A stretch of 39,901 nt of DNA, from assembly GCA_044225365.1 (NCBI GenBank), contig JBGAIQ010000051.1:1-39901 (forward strand), written 5' to 3'. Positions within the stretch are counted from its first letter, which is position 1. The number at the start of each line of letters is the position of its first letter. Below, in pieces: positions 1 to 9,553 of this stretch. This DNA comes from Planctomycetota bacterium (GTDB taxonomy: Bacteria; Planctomycetota; B15-G4; JADJEK01). A program made the position numbers and the translations under genes. The notes under the pieces were generated by a model. It was not told the DNA's origin. It searched no databases and saw nothing but the letters and a program-made list of their open reading frames with translations.

Positions 1-318
1 GCCGTACTCCCCCGTTTGCGCGTCCGCCTTCATCTGGATCACGCTCCCGGACTCCCCGAGCGTCCGGATGAAATTCGAGAAGCCGGGAGAGGAACGCTTC
101 GCGTAGCTCTTCAGGTGATTCATGAAGTTCTCCATGGCATTGGCTCGCCCGCGCATTCGATCGACCTGATCCAGGTCGTCGCGAGGAACCGAGTCCTTCG
201 GCCATTCGAAGACATCGCGCACGTCGAGAAGGACGACGTTCTCGCTCGCCGGCGACTTACCGACCTCGATCTGACCGGGCGCGAGGAGATGGATGGCGAG
301 GGCAACCGACGCGATCAT
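1..318 (-). CDS. Exported hypothetical protein, partial (3' end runs off the window); third gene of the ECF operon
   Basis: Not in the ORF track. Read by hand from ATG at 318: MIASVALAIHLLAPGQIEVGKSPASENVVLLDVRDVFEW..., open to position 1. ATGA overlap with the stop of 315..842; hydrophobic N-terminus. Confidence 0.7.
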   Translation of the reverse strand, partial: MIASVALAIHLLAPGQIEVGKSPASENVVLLDVRDVFEWPKDSVPRDDLDQVDRMRGRANAMENFMNHLKSYAKRSSPGFSNFIRTLGESGSVIQMKADAQTGEYG

Positions 319-842
319 GGGCGACTCCTGGTTTCGGTTCGCACGAGCTGGAGCGCGGGCGAGTTCTCGGTTTCGATCCTGCGGACCACTCCGAAGCGAT
401 CGCGCTCTTCGACGCAGATTCGATCGGCTCCGCGGGTCGTGGTGGTCTGGTGAAAGGCAAGGACGCGAGGACGGCGTTCAACGCCAGCGTCGGCGGGTGC
501 TTCGCTCGGCGCCTTCGTCCGTGCGAGGAGGAGCGTGATCCCGATCAGTGCAGCGGCCGCGGCGGCGATCGTCGTGCGTTCGAGGACCGTGCGCCGTTTC
601 GATCGCTCGGCCACGACGAACGGCAACGCGGCCAACGCCGCCCGCAGGGCGACCACGCGCTCGAGCGTCGCGAGGTCCACGGCGAGATGCGGAACGAGCG
701 CGGAATCGTCGAGCGGATCGCGCCGGGCATCGAGCAACTCGTCGATCCGCGAGTCGACCGCCCGTCGATCGAGTCCGCTGACCTCGTCGCGGTGACGGCT
801 CGCGCTGCGCTCGTCCGCTCCGTTCTTCGGTTCTTCGTTCAT
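315..842 (-). CDS. Putative single-pass membrane anti-sigma factor
   Basis: ATGA-coupled to the upstream ECF sigma gene; one central TM helix (TIAAAAAALIGITLLLA); typical size and topology. Confidence 0.6.
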   Translation of the reverse strand: MNEEPKNGADERSASRHRDEVSGLDRRAVDSRIDELLDARRDPLDDSALVPHLAVDLATLERVVALRAALAALPFVVAERSKRRTVLERTTIAAAAAALIGITLLLARTKAPSEAPADAGVERRPRVLAFHQTTTTRGADRICVEERDRFGVVRRIETENSPALQLVRTETRSRP

Positions 843-1408
843 CGTTCCATCGCCTCGGCGAGGGACTTTCGAGCCCGGTGCAAGATCGACTTCAACGTGT
901 TCTCGGGAATCGCGTATCGCGCAGCCAACTCCGCGATCGACTCGCGCCCGACGTGAAAGGCGACGAGGACGTCGCGATCGCGCACGGGCATCGCGAGGAG
1001 CGCCGCGCGCACGCGCGACGCCTCCTCCGGACAGAGCCCGCCGGACGGGAGCCGCGCGAAGTCGAAGTCACGTGGATTCGCGACGGCTCGCGACGCGGCC
1101 TTCCTGCGATCGAGGAACAAGCGAAACGTGATCCTCAGCAACCAACCGCGCAGCGGACGCGACACGTCGTACGTGTGCTGCCTCTCGAGCGCGCGCTTCG
1201 CGGCATCCTGAGACAGCTCTTCCGCTTCGTCCACTCGCCCGCAGAGATGCCGCGCGAAGCGGAACATGGTCGGCCATTCGTGCGTGAGTCGACGCGCGAA
1301 CTCGGGGCTGCCCTCCGAATTCGCACGCGTCTCTTCACCGACCGCGAGTTCCTCTTCGTTCGTCACGCGAACTCGCATACCGCGCGGGGCGATCCTAGGT
1401 TGCAGCAC
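839..1408 (-). CDS. ECF-type RNA polymerase sigma factor
   Basis: Region 2 (FARHLCG..EAEELSQDA...WLLRITFRLFLDRRK) and region 4 (LLAMPVRDRDVLVAFH..SIAELA...ENTLKSILHRARKSL). True start may be 1378 or 1366. Confidence 0.9.
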   Translation of the reverse strand: MLQPRIAPRGMRVRVTNEEELAVGEETRANSEGSPEFARRLTHEWPTMFRFARHLCGRVDEAEELSQDAAKRALERQHTYDVSRPLRGWLLRITFRLFLDRRKAASRAVANPRDFDFARLPSGGLCPEEASRVRAALLAMPVRDRDVLVAFHVGRESIAELAARYAIPENTLKSILHRARKSLAEAMER

Positions 1409-1470
1409 GAATTCGGATTATCCTTCCTCATTGAGATCTCACCTGCGACCGGTTTGTCGGGAGACGACGG

Positions 1471-2910
1471 ATGATCGCCACGCTCGCGCTCATGGTCCTG
1501 AGTTTCGGCGGATCACCTCAAGAGCCCCAGCCTCCCGTTCGCGCGGCGGCCGAGAATCCCCCCGCGCCGCACTTCACGTGCTCCCAGGACGAGATCGATC
1601 GACTGCTCGATCAAGTGAAGATCGCATTGCATGATGAGTTGAACCTCGATGTCCCAGGGGACGTGCGAGCGCGTGCCGCAACGACGCAGGAGATTGCCAA
1701 AGTCGTGCGCGAGGAAACTCTCGCGAGCGCGGCGAGCAAACAGGGCGAATCCACGCCGAAGCCCTCGAACGAGATGGAGGCGCCGCACGAAACCGCGATG
1801 ACGTCGGAGATCCTGCTCGCCAAATACGCCTTCTTGAGCCATGAGATCCTCGTGAACTTCGAAACGATCGCGAAGGAAGCGCAATTTCCGGGGCGCGAGG
1901 CCACGGCGTCCTTGGATGGATTGCGCGTCCTCTTGATCCACGAGTGCATTCACGCGATCGACCATGCGCGGCATGACCTCGGTGCCATGATGAAGAAGGC
2001 GAACGATCGTGATGCGATGGAGGCGACACGAGCCGTGATCGAGGGTCATGCCGAATACGTAACTCACCAAATGGCTACGCGACTCGGTCTCCTACCCGCC
2101 TTCGACGCTCAATCGCTGGGAACCTGGAAACCGCAGGACGACGGCACCGCGACTTCGATGATCCAGCGCGTCGTGCTGGCGACCCTCGCATCCGCCTACG
2201 TCGACGGGGCGAAGTTCATCGCGGCCCTCGACGAGCGAGGTGGCGACGCTGCGATCGATCGCGCCTTCCAGCAACCCCCGGCGCGGTTCGACCTCATCGA
2301 TCACCCGGATTGGTACCTCGATCCGAGTTTGGTCCCGAAGACCGCCGTCAAACTCGACAGCGGGCTCGACCGCTTCAGCGCATCCGTGAACGAGAAGCTG
2401 CATCGCATCCAACGGAACTCGCCCAATTCGGCTCAACTCCACGCTGTCATGGCCCGGCTCGACGATCCTTCAACGGTCGAACAGATCTTGAAGAGCGTGG
2501 TCGAAGCCAAGTTCTACATCGCGCTGCCGGGCGATAGCCCATCGAGTCTCTCGTGCTTCCTCACGGCGTTTCGAACCCATGACGAAGCGATTTCGTTCTT
2601 CGTCGCTTCCAAGGAAATTCAGCGCATCAATTCGAAGGGCTTGGACTCTGGTCCGATCCACATCAAGGAGATGTTTCGCGAGGCGCTGAGTGGTCCATTC
2701 AGCGATGCATACTTCATTCGGTCGGTCGTCGCGATTCAGCACGCCGAAGTGACCACGCAATGCCTCTTGGCCGTTCGCGGCACCGTGGAGATCGAGATTC
2801 TGATCTCCAACGAACCGGCGACCAAGGATCAGCTCGTCGCCCTCGCGTCGGCGGTTCTCGACGCAGCCACCGGCGTGGGTGTAAAGACGGAGCCCCTTCC
2901 CGAGAAGTGA
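1471..2910 (+). CDS. Exported protein with HEXXH zinc-metallopeptidase-like motif
   Basis: Signal-peptide-like N-terminus; LIHECIHAIDH at 1939-1953 followed by AVIEGHA (gluzincin-type third ligand); GGGAG upstream. Confidence 0.65.
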   Translation: MIATLALMVLSFGGSPQEPQPPVRAAAENPPAPHFTCSQDEIDRLLDQVKIALHDELNLDVPGDVRARAATTQEIAKVVREETLASAASKQGESTPKPSNEMEAPHETAMTSEILLAKYAFLSHEILVNFETIAKEAQFPGREATASLDGLRVLLIHECIHAIDHARHDLGAMMKKANDRDAMEATRAVIEGHAEYVTHQMATRLGLLPAFDAQSLGTWKPQDDGTATSMIQRVVLATLASAYVDGAKFIAALDERGGDAAIDRAFQQPPARFDLIDHPDWYLDPSLVPKTAVKLDSGLDRFSASVNEKLHRIQRNSPNSAQLHAVMARLDDPSTVEQILKSVVEAKFYIALPGDSPSSLSCFLTAFRTHDEAISFFVASKEIQRINSKGLDSGPIHIKEMFREALSGPFSDAYFIRSVVAIQHAEVTTQCLLAVRGTVEIEILISNEPATKDQLVALASAVLDAATGVGVKTEPLPEK

Positions 2911-2963
2911 AAGGAGGTCGAACGCCCGTCCCCCATTGCTCACGAGCTAGGTGGCTCAGGGGC

Positions 2964-3899
2964 TTACCGGCTCGCGAGGATCGTGAGACGGTCGAAGGCG
3001 AGGCCGCCCGCGCGCAGGCGATCGATCAGGACCTCGTCGACGTCGCGGCGCGCGACGCGCTCCCGGATGACCTCGAGTGCGTCGATCTCCGCGTTCACGA
3101 GCGGCGCGATCGCCGACGGGTCGGCGCGATCCCACTCGCCCAGCGTCTTGCGGGTGGCCGCCATCCACATCCGCTCCAGGAAACGATAGTGGTCCCGGTG
3201 CGCGAGATAGTCGAACGGGTCGTTCCCGGCGACGCGACACTGGCCGCCAAGGCGCGGGTTCGATCCCAGATACGTGAAGCCGTGGTCCGAGAACAACGCG
3301 CAGATCTCGGAGAGTTCGAGCAACGGGCCCATCGGTTCGCACGACGACGCGAACCACTCCCTCGCGTGTCGCTCACTCTCCTCGCGCGTCTTCGAGAACG
3401 CTTTGACGGTCTCCGCCATCCATCGACGGCGCCACGAGACATGGTGCTCGGGCGTCGAGACCAGGACCACTCCGCCCCGCGCGACGTTTCGCAAGACCAT
3501 CGCGACTTTCGTGGCGTGATCTCGACTCGCCGTCCCCGCATCCTCGCATGCGACGAACCCGAAGCGCGCCATGCGCGCCGGATCCTCGATCATGCCCCGA
3601 TCCGATTCGATGCGAAGCGTCTGACGATGTCGGAGGAAGAGCATCGCCGCGGCGTCCGAGCGGGACGAATCGCTCTCGATCAGGCAGACCCGCGCTCCCC
3701 AGAGCGCATACTGCAGCGCCGCCTCGGCGCTCCCACCGATGACGAGAACGTCGCGCTCGGCGAAGAACGAACAGGGCAAGCCGAGCGCAGCGAAGAACGC
3801 CTTGCGGTCCGCTTCGAGGCGATCGGGATCCGGAAGAGCGGTGGACTCCTCGAGGTGGGGAGTTTCGTTCACCAGGGACTTCGATTCGACGTGGGTCAT
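2964..3899 (-). CDS. Divergent class I SAM-methyltransferase-like protein
   Basis: RDVLVIGGS...ALWGARVCLIESD resembles motif I plus beta2 with an acidic end; RNVARGGVVLVS resembles the LKPGG motif. The glycine-rich loop is degenerate. Confidence 0.45.
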   Translation of the reverse strand: MTHVESKSLVNETPHLEESTALPDPDRLEADRKAFFAALGLPCSFFAERDVLVIGGSAEAALQYALWGARVCLIESDSSRSDAAAMLFLRHRQTLRIESDRGMIEDPARMARFGFVACEDAGTASRDHATKVAMVLRNVARGGVVLVSTPEHHVSWRRRWMAETVKAFSKTREESERHAREWFASSCEPMGPLLELSEICALFSDHGFTYLGSNPRLGGQCRVAGNDPFDYLAHRDHYRFLERMWMAATRKTLGEWDRADPSAIAPLVNAEIDALEVIRERVARRDVDEVLIDRLRAGGLAFDRLTILASR

Positions 3900-4058
3900 C
3901 GGACGGCTCCGAACCGAACTCTGATCGGCGCCGGGAGCTTCGAACTTGAGGGCGATCGCCCATCCACGAAACGCCGCAGCGTGAACGATCGCTAGCGACG
4001 AAGCACTCCGATATGATCGTCGGGATCGCTTCCACCCTTCGAACGACAGGCAGTCCTC

Positions 4059-6245
4059 GTGCCCCGAATCCCTCTCTTCGTCGTCGCCGCGCCGCTCCTT
4101 GCGTGTGCCTCATGCTCGTTCACCGGCATCTTCGAGAAGAGCTCGGAGCTCGATCCGAAGACGCTGCAGTCGCTCGGCGATCCCCCGATCGAACGCGCCG
4201 TTCGCGCCTACGAGCCGTCCGTCGCGCGCGAGATCGACCTCGACGCGCTCGTCTCGAGTTGTCGCAAATCGAACGTCGTCTTCCTCGGAGAGACGCACAC
4301 CGACGAAACCACGCATCGCTTCCAGCTCTACATGCTGATGCGCCTCGCGGCCGCGAAGGACGGCAAGGTCGTCCTCGCGATGGAGCAGTTCGAACGCGAT
4401 GTGCAGAAGCCGCTCGACGACTACCTTTCCGGCGCGATCGACGAGAAGACGTTCAAGTCGCGGACTCCGAGTCTGTGGTCGAACTACGATCCCGATTACC
4501 GCCCGCTCGTCGAGTTCGCGAAGGCGAACCACATCCCGGTCATCGCGTCGAACGCAGCCACGTCGGTTCGGCGCAAGCTGGCCACGGGTGGACGAAAGGC
4601 CTTCGAAGCTCTGAACGAGGAAGAGCGCGGCTACGTCGCGCGCGAGATGCTTCCCGAGACGGACGCCTACTGGAAGCGTGTCGCGGACGCGACGGCGGGA
4701 CACGCCGCAATGGGAATGGGCGGGCCGTCCACGCCCGAAGAGATGTTGTTCAGCGGCCAGAGCGTGTGGGACAACACGATGGCGGAGTCGATCGCACGCG
4801 CCCACGAGCGATGGGCGGATCGCATCGTCCTCCATGTCAACGGCGGCTTCCATAGCGAGTACTTCGACGGCACGGTCGCCCAGTTGAAGAAGCGCGCGCC
4901 GGACCTCGTGGTGAAGACACTCGCGATCGACTCGGTCGACGACCTCGCGCTGGCGCCGGTTCCGACGGACGCCGGCCAGGCGTCGTTCATCGTCCACGCG
5001 GCGAACGTCGCGCAGAGCGAGCACGACGATCTCTACACGGTGCGAATCGCGCGCGATGAGAAGTACCGCTTCTCCAGGCCTCACGGCGTCGCCACGCCGC
5101 CGCTCCTCGTCGTCCTGCCCGGTCGCGGCGTTGCGACCGCGGAGGTCGAGTCGCTGATGCGTTCGAAGTTCGGCAACGAAGTCGCGATCGCTGTCCTCGA
5201 ACCGATGTATCCGTTGCCGCCCGGTGCGTCCGAGGATTTCGGCGAGAGTGGTGCGTTCTTCGCCGGGAAGTTCGAAAGCGATCTCGGCGCCGGCACGTCC
5301 GCGGCGCGTGCGACGACCGAGTACCTGCTGCGTCGCTTCTCGCTCGATGCCAAGCACGTCGTCGTCCTCGGATTCGACGACGGCGCCCGCCTCGCGATCG
5401 GCTGTGGACTCGACTCGGATTTCCCGCTGACCTCCTTCATCGCGCTCGAACCCGGATCCCCGAAGCGCCTCGCGGAGATCGGCGCCGGCCGCCCCATCCC
5501 AGGGCGTTCGATGCGCGTCCTGTGCGATCCGAAGCAACTCGAACTCTGGAACGCCGAGGTGAAGCGTCACGCGGAATCGAAGATCGACGCAACGGCGGTG
5601 GCGATCGCAACCGATCCGTGGCAACGCGACGAGGTCGCCGACGACGCGATCCGCCAAGCGCTCGGGCTGTCGAAGAAGGCCAAGGGCGGCGACCGACGGC
5701 ATCTCGCGCTCGCGGTCGATACGCCCCGCTCGCGCCTGTGGGCCGCTCAATACGCGATGCGCGCGGCGCCGGATTCCTCGTGCGCGATCCTCACGCCAAG
5801 TGAATCCTCCGCACACGAAGCAGACCTCGCCTCCTCGACCGCGCTCGACGTGACGATCCACGCGGAAGCGTTCAAACAGGCGCATGCGCTTCCCACGGCG
5901 CCAGGAAGCTTCGGCGGGACGACGGTCGTCGTGGTGCCGGCGACCGCCGATGCGGCGGAGCGCGATGCATGGCTCGCGCTCGAGACGGACGATCCGATCA
6001 ACAAGGCGAGCCGCTTTCATCGGCTTCGCGTCGCGACAGCGGACGGCGACCACGCGCTGCCGCTGGTGCTCGACAAGCTGAAGTCGGAAGGACGCAAGAA
6101 TCTCCTCGTCGTGCCCGCCGTGTTCTGCGCCGATGGAGCGACGATGCACGAACTCGAGGGAACGATCGGAGACCGCGCGCTCGATTTCACGATCGCCTAT
6201 TCCCCGGGTCTCGGTGGTCGGCTGCCCGCACCGAAGCAACCCTGA
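4059..6245 (+). CDS. ChaN-family (haem-uptake/Tiki superfamily) lipoprotein with alpha/beta-hydrolase-like and additional C-terminal domains
   Basis: Lipobox-like LLACASC; ChaN motifs VVFLGETH, VLAMEQF, DYRPLVEFAK, QSVWDNTMAESI, HVNGGFHSE; about 400 extra residues follow. Confidence 0.8.
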   Translation: MPRIPLFVVAAPLLACASCSFTGIFEKSSELDPKTLQSLGDPPIERAVRAYEPSVAREIDLDALVSSCRKSNVVFLGETHTDETTHRFQLYMLMRLAAAKDGKVVLAMEQFERDVQKPLDDYLSGAIDEKTFKSRTPSLWSNYDPDYRPLVEFAKANHIPVIASNAATSVRRKLATGGRKAFEALNEEERGYVAREMLPETDAYWKRVADATAGHAAMGMGGPSTPEEMLFSGQSVWDNTMAESIARAHERWADRIVLHVNGGFHSEYFDGTVAQLKKRAPDLVVKTLAIDSVDDLALAPVPTDAGQASFIVHAANVAQSEHDDLYTVRIARDEKYRFSRPHGVATPPLLVVLPGRGVATAEVESLMRSKFGNEVAIAVLEPMYPLPPGASEDFGESGAFFAGKFESDLGAGTSAARATTEYLLRRFSLDAKHVVVLGFDDGARLAIGCGLDSDFPLTSFIALEPGSPKRLAEIGAGRPIPGRSMRVLCDPKQLELWNAEVKRHAESKIDATAVAIATDPWQRDEVADDAIRQALGLSKKAKGGDRRHLALAVDTPRSRLWAAQYAMRAAPDSSCAILTPSESSAHEADLASSTALDVTIHAEAFKQAHALPTAPGSFGGTTVVVVPATADAAERDAWLALETDDPINKASRFHRLRVATADGDHALPLVLDKLKSEGRKNLLVVPAVFCADGATMHELEGTIGDRALDFTIAYSPGLGGRLPAPKQP

Positions 6246-6270
6246 CGCGCGACGACGGAGGAAGAGCGCC

Positions 6271-7323
6271 ATGGCGAAGCGCCCCACCCAGAAGAGCCTG
6301 TTCGACGATGCTCCGGGCGACGACCCCGATCGGACGAAGCCGGAGGGCGATCCCGCTGCTCCGAAGAAGAAAGCGTCGCGCGTGAAGGTCGTCGAGCCGG
6401 CGAGCGTCTCCAACGCAGAACTGGAATACGCCGCCGCGATCCCGGAGGAGATCCGGCTCGGTACGTCGAGTTGGGCGTTCCCCGGGTGGGAAGGTCTCGT
6501 CTACAAGGACAGGGTCTCGGATCAGAAGCTCTCACGCGAAGGGCTCGCGGCGTACGCGTCGCACCCATTGTTCCGCACGGTGGGTCTCGACCGCACGCAC
6601 TACGCGCCCATGACGACCGAGCAATTTCGCGAGCACGCAGTCCAAGTTCCGATGGACTTCCGTTTCCTCGTGAAGGCGCACGAGGCCTGCACGATCCACC
6701 GCTGGCCCACTCATCCGCGATACGGCCAACGAAAGGGCGAACTCAACGACCGATTCCTCGATCCCACCTACGCGGCGCGACACTGCGTCGAGCCGATGAT
6801 CGAGGGGCTCGGCGAGAAGGCCGGCCCGTTGCTCTTCCAGATCGCTCCGCAGAGCATGAAGGAGATCGGCGGCGCCGCGGGCTTCATCGAGAAGCTCCAC
6901 GCCTTCCTCTCGAGATTGCCGAAGGGACCGCTCTACGCCGTCGAAGTCCGCAACCGCGAGTTGCTCACTCCCGAGTACGACTCGGCCCTGAAGGACGCGG
7001 GCGTCCTCCATTGCCTCAATTCCCTGCGGCGCATGCCGCCGCTCGTCGAACAATGGCAACGGGCGAGCGCCGCGAAACCGAAGGCTCTGCTCATCCGTTG
7101 GATGGTCCACAAGAGTCAGGACTACGAATCGGCGCTCGACCGCTACGAGCCGTTCAACGCCCTCGTCGACGAGGACCCGCCGACGCGCGACGACATCGCC
7201 AAGCTCGCCGTCGAAGCCGCGCTCACGAAGCAGCAGGTCTACGTCATCATCAACAACAAGGCGGAGGGCAGTGCGCCGCTCTCGATCTTCAAGCTCGCCG
7301 CCGAGATCGCACGAGAGCTCTGA
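6271..7323 (+). CDS. DUF72 (YecE-like) domain protein
   Basis: IRLGTSSWAFPGW, FRFLVKA, GPLLFQ, AVEVRN, YVIINN motifs. Start set at ATG 6271, which has a GGAGG upstream. Confidence 0.85.
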   Translation: MAKRPTQKSLFDDAPGDDPDRTKPEGDPAAPKKKASRVKVVEPASVSNAELEYAAAIPEEIRLGTSSWAFPGWEGLVYKDRVSDQKLSREGLAAYASHPLFRTVGLDRTHYAPMTTEQFREHAVQVPMDFRFLVKAHEACTIHRWPTHPRYGQRKGELNDRFLDPTYAARHCVEPMIEGLGEKAGPLLFQIAPQSMKEIGGAAGFIEKLHAFLSRLPKGPLYAVEVRNRELLTPEYDSALKDAGVLHCLNSLRRMPPLVEQWQRASAAKPKALLIRWMVHKSQDYESALDRYEPFNALVDEDPPTRDDIAKLAVEAALTKQQVYVIINNKAEGSAPLSIFKLAAEIAREL

Positions 7324-7425
7324 ACCACCGAGCGTCATTCCCGGCGCGATTCCTCGAACGCAAAGCCCGCCTTCAGTACCATCGCGCCCACGGGCCGTCC
7401 CCACGGACCCGCGGAGCGACCTTCC

Positions 7426-9504
7426 ATGACCGAGCGCTATCTCGTCACCACGGCCCTGCCCTACGCGAACGGCCACATCCACCTCGGGCACCTCGTCGGG
7501 TACCTGATGACGGACATGTGGACCCGCTTCCAGAATCTGCGGGGCAAGCGAGCCGTCTACGTCTGCGCCGACGACACGCACGGTACGGCGATCATGATCC
7601 GCGCCCGCCAGGAAGGACGGACCGAACTCGAAGTGATCGCGGAGATGAACGCCGCGCATCAGGCCGACTTCGCTGCCTTCGATATCGCCTTCGATCACTA
7701 CGGTTCGACGCACAGTGACGAATGCCGCGCGCTCGCGGAGGAGATCTGGCGGGGCGTGAGGAAGATGGGCCTCGTCGCGGAGCGCGAGGTGAAGCAACTC
7801 TTCGACGTGCAGCACAAGACGTTCCTCGCTGACCGCTTCGTGAAGGGCGGCTGTCCGAACTGCAAGTCGCCCGGACAGTACGGCGACTCGTGCGACAAGT
7901 GCGGCGCGAGCTACAGCGCGACCGAAGTGATCGATCCGATCTCGACGCTGTCGGGCACGACGCCGGAACTTCGCAGCGCGACGCATCTCTTCATCGCGAT
8001 CGAGAAGCTGCGCGAGCCGCTCGTGAAATGGCTCGAGAGCGGCGCGGTCGAGCCCGAAGTCGTCAACTACTTGAAAGGACAGTTCCTCAGCAAGCCGCTG
8101 CACGACTGGGACGTCTCGCGCCCCGCGCCCTACTTCGGCTTCGAGATCCCCGACGCGCCCGGCCACTACTGGTACGTCTGGTTCGACGCACCGATCGGCT
8201 ACATCGCGGCGACCGCGCAGTGGTGCAAGTCGAAGGGTGAGAAGCTCGATGACTGGTGGCGAAATCGCGACTGCGGCGTCGTTCATTTCCTCGGCAAGGA
8301 CATCGTCTATTTCCACGCTCTCTTCTGGCCAGGAATGCTCCATTGCGGCAATTTCTCGCTCCCGGCGCGCGAGGTGATCCACGGGCATCTCACCGTCAAC
8401 GGCGAGAAGATGAGCAAGAGCAAGGGAACGTTCATTCGCGCGCGAACGTACCTCGACGCCGGACTCGACCCGCAATGGCTGCGCTACTTCTTCGCGAGCA
8501 AGCTGTCGCCACGGCCGGAGGATCTCGACCTCGATCTCGCCGAGTTCACGAACAAGGTCAATTCCGATCTCGTCGGCAAGGTCGTCAACCTCGCGAGCCG
8601 CACGGCGCGTTTCGTCGAGAAGCTCGGACTCGCATCGAGTTATCCGGACGACGGTGGCCTCTTCGCCCGCGGCGCGGCGCAGGCCGAGGAGATCGCTGCT
8701 CTCTACGATCGCTGCGAACTCGCGCAGGCGATGCGACTCGTGATGGCGCTCGCCGATCGCGCCAACGAATACGTCGAAGCCGCGGCGCCGTGGTCGCTCG
8801 CGAAGGATCCTTCGAAGGCGACCGAACTCCAGTCGGCGTGCACCGTCGCGCTCAACTCGTTCCGTCAGATCGCCGTCTTCCTCGCGCCCGTGCTCCCCAA
8901 GCTCGCGACGCAGGCCGGCGAACTGTTGAATGCTCCGATCACGAAATGGTCGGACGCGCTCACGCCGGTCGTCGGGCGGAGCGTCGCGAAGTTCACTCAT
9001 CTCATGCAGCGACCCGATCCTTCGAAGGTGATGAAAATGGTCGATCTCGGAAGAGAAGAAGCTCCTGCTCCGAAGTCAGGGGACGCGGCCGCGAGTTCCG
9101 CGCCGACTCCTTCGCTCTTTGCGACGGGCGCGACGGGCGCGACCGGCGCGACGGGCGCCGCGGTCGAGCCACTGTCGCCCCAGATCGTCATCGATGACTT
9201 CACGAAGGTCGACCTGCGCGTCGCGCAAGTGCTCGCCTGCGAGAAAGTGGAGAAGAGCAACAAGCTGCTGCGCCTGCGTGTCAGTCTCGGCCCGCTCGGC
9301 GAGCGCACGATCTTCGCGGGAATCCAGAAGAGCTATGCGCCGGCGGTGCTCGTCGGCAAGAAGATCGTCGTCGTCGCCAATCTCGCGCCCCGTGAGATGA
9401 AGGGTGTCGGAGTCTCCGAAGGCATGGTGTGCGCGGCCGGCGGCGAGCCTGCGCGCGTGCTCTTGCCCGACGAAGGCGCGCGGCCGGGCGACCGCGTCCA
9501 CTGA
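7426..9504 (+). CDS. metG: Methionine--tRNA ligase with C-terminal tRNA-binding domain
   Basis: TTALPYANGHIHLGH, zinc knuckle CPNC..CDKC, YVWFDA, KMSKS, and a C-terminal OB domain (DDFTKVDLRVA..VANLAPR..SEGM). Confidence 0.98.
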   Translation: MTERYLVTTALPYANGHIHLGHLVGYLMTDMWTRFQNLRGKRAVYVCADDTHGTAIMIRARQEGRTELEVIAEMNAAHQADFAAFDIAFDHYGSTHSDECRALAEEIWRGVRKMGLVAEREVKQLFDVQHKTFLADRFVKGGCPNCKSPGQYGDSCDKCGASYSATEVIDPISTLSGTTPELRSATHLFIAIEKLREPLVKWLESGAVEPEVVNYLKGQFLSKPLHDWDVSRPAPYFGFEIPDAPGHYWYVWFDAPIGYIAATAQWCKSKGEKLDDWWRNRDCGVVHFLGKDIVYFHALFWPGMLHCGNFSLPAREVIHGHLTVNGEKMSKSKGTFIRARTYLDAGLDPQWLRYFFASKLSPRPEDLDLDLAEFTNKVNSDLVGKVVNLASRTARFVEKLGLASSYPDDGGLFARGAAQAEEIAALYDRCELAQAMRLVMALADRANEYVEAAAPWSLAKDPSKATELQSACTVALNSFRQIAVFLAPVLPKLATQAGELLNAPITKWSDALTPVVGRSVAKFTHLMQRPDPSKVMKMVDLGREEAPAPKSGDAAASSAPTPSLFATGATGATGATGAAVEPLSPQIVIDDFTKVDLRVAQVLACEKVEKSNKLLRLRVSLGPLGERTIFAGIQKSYAPAVLVGKKIVVVANLAPREMKGVGVSEGMVCAAGGEPARVLLPDEGARPGDRVH
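9121..9156 (+). repeat. In-frame 9-bp tandem repeat (GCGACGGGC x4) in the MetG linker
   Basis: gcgacgggc gcgacgggc gcgaccggc gcgacgggc encodes (Ala-Thr-Gly)4. Confidence 0.85.
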
Positions 9505-9553
9505 GGATCGCGATCGACCGGCCGGCAACCGAACGGGATTCGAGGCGGAGAGA

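Noticed and set aside
7324-7425. T-box or SAM riboswitch upstream of metG
   Set aside because: Only ~100 bp long, with no T-box or S-box consensus and no terminator.
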